From an uncultured Planctomycetota bacterium (GTDB taxonomy: Bacteria; Planctomycetota; Planctomycetia; Isosphaerales; Isosphaeraceae): 64,000 bases of DNA. The translations under genes were made by a program, and so were the position numbers. The notes below the pieces were generated by a model that did no database searches, had not been told where the DNA came from, and saw nothing but the letters and a program-made list of their open reading frames with translations. Positions 33,942 to 43,940 of the stretch are shown here, in pieces (position 1 is the stretch's first letter; every line of letters begins with the position of its first letter). The stretch covers positions 2,400,001 through 2,464,000 of the forward strand of contig CAWGMQ010000010.1 of NCBI GenBank assembly GCA_963823665.1, read 5' to 3'.

Positions 33942-34083
33942 GGTCGAATCTCCTGATTCTAAGAGAGATGAATTTCCGGCGGACCACCCGTTGCGGACCG
34001 CCTGGGGGAAAACGCCTCAAACGGTACTCGAAAATCCCACGCGACTCCCCGCTGTCCCCCATCGCTGTCGGAATGCTCGCCAA

Positions 34084-34569
34084 TCAATCTCCCCGTTTGG
34101 TGACGTTGGGGATCTCCACTCCCAGCGCATTCGCCAGGGCGATCTGGTGATCCTGTTCCTGCACCAGTATGTCCCGGATGTGTTCGGCCAGGGCATATTC
34201 GCCCAGCGCTTCGCACTGACGTACACGCTGCCGATAGTGATGGATCGTTTCGTTCTCGTTATCCAGGTCAAAACGCAGCATGTCTTCTGCCTTTGCCGAG
34301 GTCTTTACCGGCTTCGGCACGGCCAGCGGCATACCACCCAGATAATCGATCTGGCCGGCGATGATCAGGGCGTGCGCCAGTTCTTCCGCGGCGTGCGTCT
34401 CCAGCTCGGCAGCGATGTTCATGTACTCGGCGCCCTTGAGGGTCTGCGAATAGACCACATACGAAATGATGGCCTGGTATTCACGTGCGAGGTCGCCGTT
34501 GAGCAGGGCAACCAGGTCTTCGCGCGTGACGGCCAGGGCGTTGCCGGCATCCGGTTCTTGCTTCGCCAT
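34084..34569 (-). CDS. Ferritin-like / bacterioferritin-like protein
   Basis: LAREYQAIISY, EELAHA, ENETIHHY and QEQDH ferroxidase-type residues. Confidence 0.85.
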   Translation of the reverse strand: MAKQEPDAGNALAVTREDLVALLNGDLAREYQAIISYVVYSQTLKGAEYMNIAAELETHAAEELAHALIIAGQIDYLGGMPLAVPKPVKTSAKAEDMLRFDLDNENETIHHYRQRVRQCEALGEYALAEHIRDILVQEQDHQIALANALGVEIPNVTKRGD

Positions 34570-34622
34570 GTCGATCTCCTGTTGTCTGGGGTGAAACGGA
34601 TTTGATCTCCGACCGATCGGGC

Positions 34623-34832
34623 TCACGTTTGAGCGCCCCGTCGACGGCCCGCCCCGCTTTCTCCGCCGGGCCCGGAGGATTCACTGCGTCTTTGACGTCT
34701 TGAATGCCCTTGTCGATGCTCTTCCCCGCCGGCTCGGCAGGCCCCTTCGACTCACATCCGACGACGGTCGCAAACGCCACGACACAGCACTGCGACCAGG
34801 GCCGCGATCCGATAGTTCCGTTCCTTGCTCAT
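34623..34832 (-). CDS. Small putative lipoprotein (frameshifted)
   Basis: ...VVGCESKGPAEPAGKSIDKGIQDVKDAVNPPGPAEKAGRAVD; boundaries inferred. Confidence 0.45.
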
Positions 34833-34908
34833 CCGAATACCTCCGGAAAAATGCCATGCGACGCCGGCGGACCAGGTACTGAAGACTCAGCCGGCCATCG
34901 CTCCTTGT

Positions 34909-35322
34909 TCATGCTTGATTAACGGTCCCATTCCAGGTTCCTACGGGTATGCCCGTAGCGAGTAGGAACACCTGCACCACAGTGCCGGTCGTGAATACCT
35001 GCACGACCGTGCCTGTCTTCGTTTCGATCTCTGCCTTGGCCTCGCGCACCTCCACACCGGTGATGCGTTTGATTTCATTCCGCAGCCAATCGGCCGAGTC
35101 GTTGAACAACTGCCGGTGAAACTCCTCCACCTGAGACGCCCCTTCCGGGGTCTGGGCCAGGGCCCTCTCGGCTGGCGACAAGGCGCCATGCAGGGTGATG
35201 ACCAGCGTCTCTTCGCCCAGGACCACCGTCACCGATTTGGGCACGTGGCCCGTTCGCCGTTCCTCGAAAGCCGCCGCTGCCTCGGCGACCTGTTGCGCCA
35301 TAGTCAGATTGGGCTTCTCCAT
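34909..35322 (-). CDS. DUF2294 / MpsC-like protein (divergent type B)
   Basis: AQQVAEAAAAFEERRTGHVPKSVTVVL...LVITLHGALSPAERALA...IKRITGVEV. Confidence 0.8.
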   Translation of the reverse strand: MEKPNLTMAQQVAEAAAAFEERRTGHVPKSVTVVLGEETLVITLHGALSPAERALAQTPEGASQVEEFHRQLFNDSADWLRNEIKRITGVEVREAKAEIETKTGTVVQVFTTGTVVQVFLLATGIPVGTWNGTVNQA

Positions 35323-35367
35323 TCGCTGCCTCCCCGGCGGAACCGACCGCTCGTGTCGCCATGTGCC

Positions 35368-35478
35368 AAAAAAAAACCGGCGCGGTGGAACACCCCGAGG
35401 GTATTCGACCACGCCGGCTTACTCGTCAACGGGCCTCCCGACACAGCCGGGTTGCCCTTAATCTAGTCGTCCGACGAC
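35368..35478 (-). ncRNA. Repeated leader/attenuator element, copy 3 (upstream of type B DUF2294)
   Basis: Same consensus ending in hairpin + U9; promoter TTGCTA-N17-AACAAT at 35570-35542. Confidence 0.85.
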
Positions 35479-35701
35479 CTCCGCCCAAGTTTTTATCGGA
35501 GCCAAGGACCGGTTTTCACACGGGACCAGGCTCACCCCCTCATTGTTTCAAGCCTGGCTGGAAATAGCAAGAGCATTGTCTTTCTTTTTGGTATGATGAT
35601 TCCTCAACAGCTTGGAAGACGGACGATCCGGAGTCGGTTGCCATCGGGCACAGTCCCAGCGCGTGGCTGCCGGCAGGGCGCGGGCCGCCCTCGAGGTCAA
35701 C

Positions 35702-36091
35702 ATGAAGTCTCAGGGCGAAATCGAAGCCGCAATCTGCGATGGGATCACGCGCTTCGAGCAGGAATACATGGGACGCGGGCCCAAGGACATTCGTGCCCAC
35801 TTGATCGATGATCTCCTCGTGGTCCGCCTTCAGGGCGTCTTGACTGCGGCCGAGCAGCATCTGGTCAAGACACTCCCGGCCGAAAAGGGCAGAGACCTGC
35901 TCAAGCAAGTGCGCACCCATCTCCTCGAGACAGCCCGGCCGCTGCTGGAGGCAATGATCAAGGATATCACGGGCGTGAACATTGTGAGTCTGCACCACGA
36001 CATCAGCACGATGACCGGTGAAGAAGTTTTGATCTTCACGCTCGCCGATCCACCGTCGGTCCGCGAATCCCGCAAAAAGTCGGGCTCTTGA
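35702..36091 (+). CDS. DUF2294 / MpsC-like protein (type A, copy 2)
   Basis: MKSQGEIEAAICDGITRFEQEYMGRGPKDIRAHL..., very similar to 29105..29494. Confidence 0.85.
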   Translation: MKSQGEIEAAICDGITRFEQEYMGRGPKDIRAHLIDDLLVVRLQGVLTAAEQHLVKTLPAEKGRDLLKQVRTHLLETARPLLEAMIKDITGVNIVSLHHDISTMTGEEVLIFTLADPPSVRESRKKSGS

Positions 36092-36181
36092 GCGCTGGAC
36101 AATCGCTCGCGGCCAACAACGCCTCTTGAGGCGGAAATCAAAGCTCGCCGCGCTGGGGAGGACATCGCCGGCAACCCCGCA

Positions 36182-36463
36182 TCATGGCGGCTGACCCGCG
36201 AGCTGGCGCCGGATCTGGAGTGGCTCGCGCCAGCAGGCCAGGTCTCTTTCCCCTTCTCCGGTCAGGAGCCATCCGGGCGCCACGCCGGTGACATTGATGA
36301 AACGAAGGATCGCCAAACCGGGGATCGTCACGCCGGATTCGTAACTGGCCCAGGTTGCAGGCAGGAGCCCGAGGTCCGCCGCCAGAAGAGAAGCACCATG
36401 TTCGCCATACATCGCGAGGCGAACCTCACGCAGACGGCGGGCGAGGGCTATACTCCGTTTCAT
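36182..36463 (-). CDS. Small XRE-like HTH protein
   Basis: LARRLREVR...[19 protein letters not shown]...WLLTGEG. Confidence 0.7.
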   Translation of the reverse strand: MKRSIALARRLREVRLAMYGEHGASLLAADLGLLPATWASYESGVTIPGLAILRFINVTGVAPGWLLTGEGERDLACWREPLQIRRQLAGQPP

Positions 36464-36741
36464 TGAGTTCTCCGTCTGAGCCTGATAGGAGCCTTCCGGA
36501 CATCCGCATGATCGTCCGCGTGCGCGGCGATAGCCAAAGTTCCCGGTTCCTCGACCGGGCTGGCGTCACTCGCGCGGACGATGCGAATCCCACCCCCCGG
36601 CGCCGGCACGACCCGGATCTCACCGCGCGAGATTTCGCGGCGGATCATGGCCTGCACTTCGGGAAGATGGGCGCTGCAACTGAAGGGATTCCCAGCGAGA
36701 AGCAGCCTGTTCTGGCCTCATCGCCACTGCCGTCCTTTCCG

Positions 36742-36854
36742 AAAAAGAAAAAGCCGATGCGGTGGAATACCCCCAAAAGGTACTCGACCACATCGGCCTA
36801 CTGGTCAACGAGCCCCCCGGCTATCCCGGGTTGCCCCTCGCCTAGTCGTCCGAG
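36742..36854 (-). ncRNA. Repeated leader/attenuator element, copy 4 (upstream of small ORF 36460..36657 and the HTH gene)
   Basis: Terminator arms GCCGAUGUGG/CCGCAUCGGC show compensatory changes; promoter TTGCTT-N16-CACAAT at 36943-36916. Confidence 0.8.
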
Positions 36855-36989
36855 CATATCCAGCAAGTCGTAACAGTGCGAGTTACACGCAAGTATTCGA
36901 CTTACTGTGGCGTTCATTGTGCCAAAGAACACTGGAAAAGCAAGCGAGTAGTACCGGGTAGGTCGCATCATCGATCGGGGACGGCTCGA

Positions 36990-37910
36990 TCAAAACACAC
37001 CGCTGTGCACTCGTACCGGGCTTCCCCGGGCGATCGCCCCGGCCAGCTCGTTTTCGCGCAGGAGCGGCGTCGCGGCGGTGGGCTTGGGGAGCTTGACGCT
37101 GTGAGCCAGTCCGACGGCCGACAGCACACGAATGGCCACGTAGGTCATGTCAACTTCCCACCACCGCAGGCCGTGCCGCGCGGAGGTCTGGAAGGCGTGG
37201 TGGTTGTTGTGCCAGCCCTCGCCATAGGTTAGCAGGGCGACCCACCAGTTGTTCGTCGAGGCATCCCGGGTCTCGTGGCTGCGATAACCCCAGATGTGCG
37301 TGGCCGAGTTGACCAGCCAGGTCGTATGAAGCACAAAGATCGTGCGGACAAACCCGCCCCAGACCAGCCAGCTCATCCCGCCGAAAGCGTACAAAGCCCC
37401 GAACAACAGAATGGGAAACACAAGCTGATACTTGTCCATCCAGCGGTGAACCGGGTCCTTGTACAGATCGGGAGCCCACTTCATGTAGTACTCCGGCGTG
37501 TGGTACGAGATGACTTCCGGCGTCATCCACCAGAGCATATGGGCCCAGGCAAACCCCCGGTTGGGGCTGTGTACGTCATGCTCGCCGTCGGAATGGGCGT
37601 GGTGGTTCCGGTGATCGGCCACCCAGCCGATCGCACCACCCTCGGAGGCACAACAGCCGATCATGGTCAGGACGTATTCGAGCCACCGCGGCCGGGTGAC
37701 GAAGCTACGGTGAGTCAGCAGACGGTGGTAAGTCAAACAAATACCGATGCCGCCGGTCAGCCAGTGGAGCACCAGACATACGCCGACCGCGGTCCATGAG
37801 AAGTAGCTGGGCACAAACGCCAGCAGAGCACCGAGATGCAGCCCCCCGATCCAGATCAAGGAGGGCCAAGCGATCGCTGAGGCCGAAGGCCTGATTTTCG
37901 TCGCTGTCAT
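36990..37910 (-). CDS. Delta-9-type fatty acid (acyl-lipid) desaturase
   Basis: His boxes HRLLTH, HRNHH and HNNHH; GEGW; WWEVD. Confidence 0.92.
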   Translation of the reverse strand: MTATKIRPSASAIAWPSLIWIGGLHLGALLAFVPSYFSWTAVGVCLVLHWLTGGIGICLTYHRLLTHRSFVTRPRWLEYVLTMIGCCASEGGAIGWVADHRNHHAHSDGEHDVHSPNRGFAWAHMLWWMTPEVISYHTPEYYMKWAPDLYKDPVHRWMDKYQLVFPILLFGALYAFGGMSWLVWGGFVRTIFVLHTTWLVNSATHIWGYRSHETRDASTNNWWVALLTYGEGWHNNHHAFQTSARHGLRWWEVDMTYVAIRVLSAVGLAHSVKLPKPTAATPLLRENELAGAIARGSPVRVHSGVF

Positions 37911-38009
37911 GAGAAGTATCCTCCTCTGAGCTCGGCGATATTTCGGCCGGCTCGTCGATCAAGTCGATATCTCGCGCGAGGCAACCATTCGATGGCACCA
38001 CAAGAAAAC

Positions 38010-38118
38010 AAAAAAAGCCGCCATGGCGGAACACCCCGAGGTATTCGACCACGCCGGCTTACTCGTCAACGGGCGCCCCGCCAGGTGCGGGTTGCCCTTC
38101 GTCTAGTCGTCCGACGAC
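38010..38118 (-). ncRNA. Repeated leader/attenuator element, copy 5 (upstream of desaturase)
   Basis: Consensus 5' part; internal hairpin GGGCAACCCGCACCUGGCGGGGCGCCC; terminator 3' arm partly mismatched; promoter TTGCTA-N17-TATGAT at 38211-38183. Confidence 0.8.
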
Positions 38119-38357
38119 TTCTTATATCGAGTCTTGCTTTGATTCACAAGTCAGGAAAAGCTTTAGGTCTATTGCAAGATTCATCATACATCGCCCGGGC
38201 CGAAATAGCAAGTGAATTGTTTGCGCTCTCGTATGATTTTCCGCGGATGGCAGGCTGCCCGAGGATGCTCGCTCCGCCGCAGTTGCACCAGGACTTTTCC
38301 AACCCGCTGGCATCGTATTTGCGAAAAGTATCGGACGTCAAACCGAATTTGGAGCAG

Positions 38358-39674
38358 CTATGTCTTACCGTACTCACTGTCAACCTTGACCATGTGGGCG
38401 TTGAAGCCCGCTTCCTCGGAGCGCACTTTGTCGTCTTGCCGGCCATATCCCGTCGTGGCCACCAGCAGTGCGTCGCCGAGCCCGAGGTCCTGGCGCAGGC
38501 GACGGGCCACCTCCAGTCCGCTCATGCCTGGCATGCTGACGTCGCACAGGACCACGTCGGGTGGTAGGAGCCGGGCCATTTCGAGAGCAGTCGACCCATC
38601 GTAGGCTGTCCGGACCTCATGGCCGGTTATTCTGAGCAGCGTCGCCATGGTGTCAGCCGAATCCTTGTTATCGTCGATGATCAGGATGCGTCGCGCGGGA
38701 CCCGCGGGCGTAACCACGCGATCGTTCCCCGCACTGGGTGGCAGAGGCGCCCTCAGAAAGAGCGGCAAGCGTACGACGAACTCGCTTCCGTGGCCGAGCC
38801 CCGCACTCGTGGCTTGTACGCGACCGCCGTGCAGATCGATCAGGTGCCGCACCAGGCTCAGGCCGATTCCCAAGCCACCCTCCGAACGATTCTCACAGCC
38901 CGGCACCTGGGTGTACAGCTCGAAGACCAAGGTCAGCATGGCCGGCGCAATGCCGGCCCCCGTGTCCCGCACCCGCAGGATCGCTTCGTCGCCATGGGCC
39001 TCCACGGCCAGGTCGATCCGCCCGCCCGCTTCCGTGTACTTCGCGCTCTTGGCCAGCAAATTCGACACGACCTGGGACAACCGGCTCAGGTCTCCTTCCA
39101 CAAGGACCGACTGCTCGGGCAACGAGACCCTCAGGTCGTGTTTCTTCGAGTCGATGAGAAAACGGCTGGTCTCGAGGGCTCTTTCCACCACGTCTTTGAG
39201 GTCCACACGCTCACTTTGGAGCTGGATCTTGCCGTGCTTGATGCGGGCAACGTCGAGCAAGTCGTCCACCAGCCGTGTCATGTTCACGACCTGACGCTCG
39301 ATGACGCTCGTGGCCGAACGATGCTCGGGATCGCCCGCGCCCGTGAGGCAGGCAATCTGCACCGCATCGTGGATGGCGGCAAGCGGACCGCGCAGCTCGT
39401 GGCCCACCACGGCGAGGAATTCCTCCGTGCGCCGCTCGGTCTCCCGGAGCTGCCGGTAAAGACCGGCGATCTCGACCTGCCGCCGCTCGTTCATCTCCAG
39501 CCCCGATCGGTCGGGCAACCGGGTCATTTCGCCCAGGCTGTCTTCGCGCGATGGCTCCGCGAACAAATGGACGACTCGGAGGGCCGGCGAAGGTTCGATA
39601 TCGCACGGCGCCGGAACTTGCTCGTCACGGTCTGGGGGCGGGCTCGGTCGAACGCGTTGTTCCTGAAGTGACAC
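38358..39674 (-). CDS. Hybrid histidine kinase (HisKA-HATPase-REC) with no sensor domain; REC end shortened
   Basis: EEFLAVVGHELRGPL, degenerate N-box SNLLAKSAKY, GLGIGL, REC ILIIDDN...CDVSMP...HMVK. Confidence 0.85.
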   Translation of the reverse strand: MSLQEQRVRPSPPPDRDEQVPAPCDIEPSPALRVVHLFAEPSREDSLGEMTRLPDRSGLEMNERRQVEIAGLYRQLRETERRTEEFLAVVGHELRGPLAAIHDAVQIACLTGAGDPEHRSATSVIERQVVNMTRLVDDLLDVARIKHGKIQLQSERVDLKDVVERALETSRFLIDSKKHDLRVSLPEQSVLVEGDLSRLSQVVSNLLAKSAKYTEAGGRIDLAVEAHGDEAILRVRDTGAGIAPAMLTLVFELYTQVPGCENRSEGGLGIGLSLVRHLIDLHGGRVQATSAGLGHGSEFVVRLPLFLRAPLPPSAGNDRVVTPAGPARRILIIDDNKDSADTMATLLRITGHEVRTAYDGSTALEMARLLPPDVVLCDVSMPGMSGLEVARRLRQDLGLGDALLVATTGYGRQDDKVRSEEAGFNAHMVKVDSEYGKT

Positions 39675-39724
39675 TGCTCCCTCCGTTCCTCGAGGAGAAA
39701 ACCGACGGGCCAGTCACCGCCAAC

Positions 39725-39834
39725 AAAAAAACCGACGTGGCCGAACACCCCAGGGTATTCGTCCACGTCGGCTTACTCTTCAATGAGCCCCCCCGGACCA
39801 AGCCAGGTTGCCCTTTATCAAGTCGTCCGACGAC
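39725..39834 (-). ncRNA. Repeated leader/attenuator element, copy 6 (upstream of hybrid kinase)
   Basis: Terminator GCCGACGUGG/CCACGUCGG (G-C to A-U swap) + U7; promoter TTGCTA-N16-GATAAT at 39921-39894. Confidence 0.85.
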
Positions 39835-40044
39835 ACCTGCCGTGATTCTCGCAGCGGCCGACCGCCAAATGCGATGGGCTGCATTCCCCGCTCATTATCC
39901 CGCGCAGCGCGGGAATAGCAACGCCATGCTTTGTTTTGACAGATGGAAACGATCTATCCCGCGTTCAAGATGCTCGTATTTCGCGCCGGGCGTGAACGTG
40001 CCACCGTCCGTTTCCACTTTCCCTTGCCGGAACGGGAATGCGCG

Positions 40045-42693
40045 CTATTTCTCACATGGCAATCCCAGGATCGACCGCTCGCGGCACTCCCGGGGCCGCT
40101 TCAAGAGCCAGTGACCACATGGGACCAGCAGGGGGCGGACGATCAGTGCGTCGATCGTGATTCCGACGACGAGTGCGAAGCCGAGCTGTCTGAGGGAGCC
40201 GAGCGGGCTGAACAAGAATGACGCGAAGCTGCAAGCGGTGATCGCCGCGGCCGAAGTGATCAGCCCGCCGGTCTGGCCGACGGCGCGGATCAGAGCCTTC
40301 CTGAGTTCCCAGCGGTGCGACTCCTCGCGGAGGCGGGTCATCAGGAACACGTTGTAATCGACGCCGACGGCCACGAGCAGCACGAACAGGAAATACGGCA
40401 CTTTCCAGTCGATACCCGCGGCGCCCAACACCATGACAAATAGCAGATGCGTCGCCCCCAGCGCGAAACCATAAGTCAAGACCATTGTGGCGACCAGATT
40501 GAGGCAGACCAATGGGTCGCGCAGGGTCAGGAGAAGAACCAGGAAGACGCCCAGGGGCACAGCATACCAGCTCTGAACCTGGTCCGATCGGATCAGGGCC
40601 CTGATGTCAGCCGACTCGGCGTTCTCACCGGCGATCCGGGCCGTCACCTGGAGGCCCTCGAAGTCGCCGAGGAACACCTTGATGCGGCGGCGAAGGGTCT
40701 CCACCTGGTCCATGGCGGCGGACGAATAGATCCGGTCGACCTGGGTCAGATCGATCCGCGAGATGCGGCCGTCACTTGTGATATAGGCATCCAGGCTCCG
40801 GCGCAGCTCGGGATGGTCGCGGATGGTCTCCTCGTCGATCATGAGCCGGTTCAGTGCCCGGCGCCCGACGGGATTAGCGAGGATTGACGAAACTTCGTGT
40901 TGAGCTTGAGCGGCGCCGGAGGCGATCCGCCCGGCGCCATCGGCAGCGCGGGTCAACTCGTCGACCAGCAAGTTGCGCGGGTCGTTCGACGGCGCCACGC
41001 CCTCCGGTTCGGGCGACCGCCAACCTCCGGCCTGCATCGCTCCCCACGCGCGCCTCAGACTCGACGCGAGCGCCGCGCGCGTTGTGTCCGACGACCCGTT
41101 TAGCGGTATCCCGGTCTGCTTTTCGAGCCACAGCAACGCGCGGAGTCTCGCAGCCCCCTCGTTCAATCCCTTCTGCAGCCGGTGTGACCCCGACTCGATC
41201 TGCAATTGTGCCGCGTTTACTGCGCGAAGGCGCTCCGAGAGTCGCGCGGCATCCATGGGCGCAGTGCTCCCCAGCGGCTGAGTCGCCGAGCGAACCTCCA
41301 GGATCCGTCGCTGCCGACCCAGGAACCGGCCGAGGTCATCGATGAGCGCCAGGCCCTCTGAGCTCCTCAGGTCGGAGTCCGACTCGAGCACGACCGCCAG
41401 CGGCGCCAGCGCTCCCGCGTCGAACTTGGTGCCGAGCCACCGCAGGTTTCTCACGGAAGTCATATCACCGGGCATCTCGGTAATCACGTCCTGGACGAAA
41501 CCCCAGCGCAGACCCAGGACCGCCAGGGGAGTCATGATCAAGATCGTCGCCAACCAGCACGCGATTGGCCTCCCCAGCGCCGCCCCCGCGATACGTGCCC
41601 ACAATCCCGATGGCGGCACCTTCAGACGCGTGAACGCGCGAGGTACGAGTCCGGCCAAGATGAGCAGCAGCGCGGGCATCAGCGTGAGGCTCGCCGCCAG
41701 CGCGATCGCCAGCCCGATCGCGACACTCGGTCCGGTGGTCGATAACAGCTTGAACCGCGTCGTCCCCATCAGCGACAGCGCGATGATCACCGTCCCGGCG
41801 CTGGTCAGAAGTGTTGACGACGACCGTTCCAGCGCCAACCGCATTGCGCGTGCGGGCTCGCCCGCCTCCCAGTGCTCGCCAAAGCGCCACGAGATGAATA
41901 GACAGAAATCCGTCCCGCATCCAAAAAGGAGCGCGACCAGGAACAACTCAACGAGCGGCGAGACCTCCCATCCGGCCATGGTGAGCCAGGCCAGGACGCT
42001 CCGAGAGATCATCAGGCTGATCCCGATCGTCACCATCGGAGCGACGGCCAGCCAGACGGAATGGAAGACGGCGAACAACACGCCAAGGAGCAAGACGACG
42101 GTGGCGACAGCCGCGCGATGGAGAGAGATCTGGACGTTGCTCATGTAGTCCCGACCGATCAGAGCATCGCCCGCCCAGCGCACCTCAAGCCCTTCCGGTA
42201 GGTCGAGCTCCGCTGCGTGGCCCTGCGACTGGAGCCAGGCGACCGCCTCGCGAGTTCCCGGGGCGACGAACGACGTGGACAGAGGCACCGCAACGAGCGT
42301 GACCGTCCCGTCCTTGCTCCTCAGACGGCCGGCGATCTCCGGCGGCGAGTCGGGCCCCAGCACGCGCAGGATCGCCTTCGGCCGATCCTCGCCCCTCAAC
42401 CGCGTCGCGAGACGCGCCACATAGCCGAGGTCGGCGGCCGACAGCCCGCCAGAGCGGTGGACCGCTGCGACCACGAGCGACTCATAGGACTGGTCTGGCC
42501 ACGCCCTGCGTAGCACCTCTCCCGCCACGAGGCTCTCGCCATCGCCCCCTACCAGATTCGCCTGGCTCTCGGCCGCGAGTGTCGTCAGATTGGGAGCGAA
42601 GTAGCCAAGCGCCCCGGCGGCCGCGACCCAGAACACAACGACCCAGACCGGCCGGCGAACGACAATCGAGCGAAAAAACAGAATCCGCATCAA
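40045..42693 (-). CDS. MMPL/RND family transporter
   Basis: Two TM bundles with LLFGCGTDF and VAVGVDYNVFLMTR; ITSAAAI; DALIVRPLLVP. Confidence 0.9.
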   Translation of the reverse strand: MMRILFFRSIVVRRPVWVVVFWVAAAGALGYFAPNLTTLAAESQANLVGGDGESLVAGEVLRRAWPDQSYESLVVAAVHRSGGLSAADLGYVARLATRLRGEDRPKAILRVLGPDSPPEIAGRLRSKDGTVTLVAVPLSTSFVAPGTREAVAWLQSQGHAAELDLPEGLEVRWAGDALIGRDYMSNVQISLHRAAVATVVLLLGVLFAVFHSVWLAVAPMVTIGISLMISRSVLAWLTMAGWEVSPLVELFLVALLFGCGTDFCLFISWRFGEHWEAGEPARAMRLALERSSSTLLTSAGTVIIALSLMGTTRFKLLSTTGPSVAIGLAIALAASLTLMPALLLILAGLVPRAFTRLKVPPSGLWARIAGAALGRPIACWLATILIMTPLAVLGLRWGFVQDVITEMPGDMTSVRNLRWLGTKFDAGALAPLAVVLESDSDLRSSEGLALIDDLGRFLGRQRRILEVRSATQPLGSTAPMDAARLSERLRAVNAAQLQIESGSHRLQKGLNEGAARLRALLWLEKQTGIPLNGSSDTTRAALASSLRRAWGAMQAGGWRSPEPEGVAPSNDPRNLLVDELTRAADGAGRIASGAAQAQHEVSSILANPVGRRALNRLMIDEETIRDHPELRRSLDAYITSDGRISRIDLTQVDRIYSSAAMDQVETLRRRIKVFLGDFEGLQVTARIAGENAESADIRALIRSDQVQSWYAVPLGVFLVLLLTLRDPLVCLNLVATMVLTYGFALGATHLLFVMVLGAAGIDWKVPYFLFVLLVAVGVDYNVFLMTRLREESHRWELRKALIRAVGQTGGLITSAAAITACSFASFLFSPLGSLRQLGFALVVGITIDALIVRPLLVPCGHWLLKRPRECRERSILGLPCEK

Positions 42694-42738
42694 TGGGAAT
42701 TCCTCCGACCAGCAGTTGCCCCAGTCGAGGTGCGCTCC

Positions 42739-42972
42739 TCAGTTTTCCTTGAAGATGGCCTCCCAGATTGCCAGCTTGTGCTGCACGTAGCCACGCAAGT
42801 CGTCACCATTGGCCACCATGACGTCGAGGAGGCTCCGATCGTGGGCGTGTGATGCCAGTACGAGCTCGGTCATTTCTCGATCGGCGCCCATGTCCACGCA
42901 CGCTCTGCGGATTTGCGCAAACTCGTCTCTCCTGGTGCGCGACTCGTCGGACTTGCGAATAATTGTTTGCAT
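42739..42972 (-). CDS. Small hypothetical protein
   Basis: MQTIIRKSDESRTRRDEF...YVQHKLAIWEAIFKEN between co-oriented genes. Confidence 0.45.
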   Translation of the reverse strand: MQTIIRKSDESRTRRDEFAQIRRACVDMGADREMTELVLASHAHDRSLLDVMVANGDDLRGYVQHKLAIWEAIFKEN

Positions 42973-43073
42973 TGAGCAACCGGAAGTGGGAGGCAAGGAC
43001 CGCGCGACGGGAATCACGCGACGACGGCGGTTCGTCCACCGGTAGGTCAGCGAGCCCAACACATCGGTCCAGA

Positions 43074-43940
43074 TCATGCCGGCGCGGAAGAGGATGCCGC
43101 GGGAACCGACTTTGACATAGAACGCCATGAGCGTTGCCCTCGAGGATTGTGAACGGTGACTTCGGAGAGGACGAGCTGCGCGTCGACCCCGGCGATCACC
43201 GGAGGTGAATGTCGCCCGTCGCAGATGCTGCTGCGACCGGCGAACCGATCGTCGATCTGCTGGGTCAGCCGCAGGCCGAACATCGGGATCGTCGTGCGGG
43301 TCGCGCCGCACTGATTCACGCAGATGACCGGTACGTCCAGATCCTGTGCGACCTTGACAGGGATCTCGGCCGACAAGGGGCCGAGGCGACCGAACAGCCA
43401 GTGCTTGCGTCCGCTGTGGCGGCATGCGAACTCGGGCCACGCGGAGGCGATCACCCCCAGGTCGATCTGGCCGCGATAGCCATCCCAGACATTGCAGTAA
43501 ATCATGTCGGCACAGATGGCCAGGCCGATCCGGCCCCACGGTGTGGGGACGATCAGCGGCGATCGCCCGGGGTGGAAGCGAAACCGCTCCCAGAAGACCA
43601 GGTGCCGCTTACGGTAGATATGGATCGAGCCATCGGGCAGGCACAGCGCCAGCGCGTCGTATAGGTGCCGGCCATCGTGCTCGACGAAGCCGGCTGCGAT
43701 CCCCATCCGCCAGTGGCGGCTGCGACCGCATAAGTACCGCAGTGTCGGCCCGTCGGTCCTTTCCGCGCTGGGCCGGAAATCGGGGAGCAGCCCGTAGCCG
43801 GTGTTGAACATCTCCGGCAGCACCGCCAGCTCCGCGCCGGCGTGACTCGCTTCGCCCAGAGCGATGTCGGCTCGCTCGAGATTGGCGGAAATCTGCAACA
43901 GCTCAGCCGGCATCTGCACCGCGGCGACCATCATCTTCAT
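43074..43940 (-). CDS. Carbon-nitrogen hydrolase (nitrilase superfamily)
   Basis: Glu-Lys-Cys triad motifs LPEMF, YRKRHL and AICAD. Confidence 0.88.
   Translation of the reverse strand: MKMMVAAVQMPAELLQISANLERADIALGEASHAGAELAVLPEMFNTGYGLLPDFRPSAERTDGPTLRYLCGRSRHWRMGIAAGFVEHDGRHLYDALALCLPDGSIHIYRKRHLVFWERFRFHPGRSPLIVPTPWGRIGLAICADMIYCNVWDGYRGQIDLGVIASAWPEFACRHSGRKHWLFGRLGPLSAEIPVKVAQDLDVPVICVNQCGATRTTIPMFGLRLTQQIDDRFAGRSSICDGRHSPPVIAGVDAQLVLSEVTVHNPRGQRSWRSMSKSVPAASSSAPA

Noticed and set aside
36460..36657. CsrA-like small protein
   Set aside because: Size fits, but the MLVL.R and V.IG..AP motifs are not recognisable; left unassigned.
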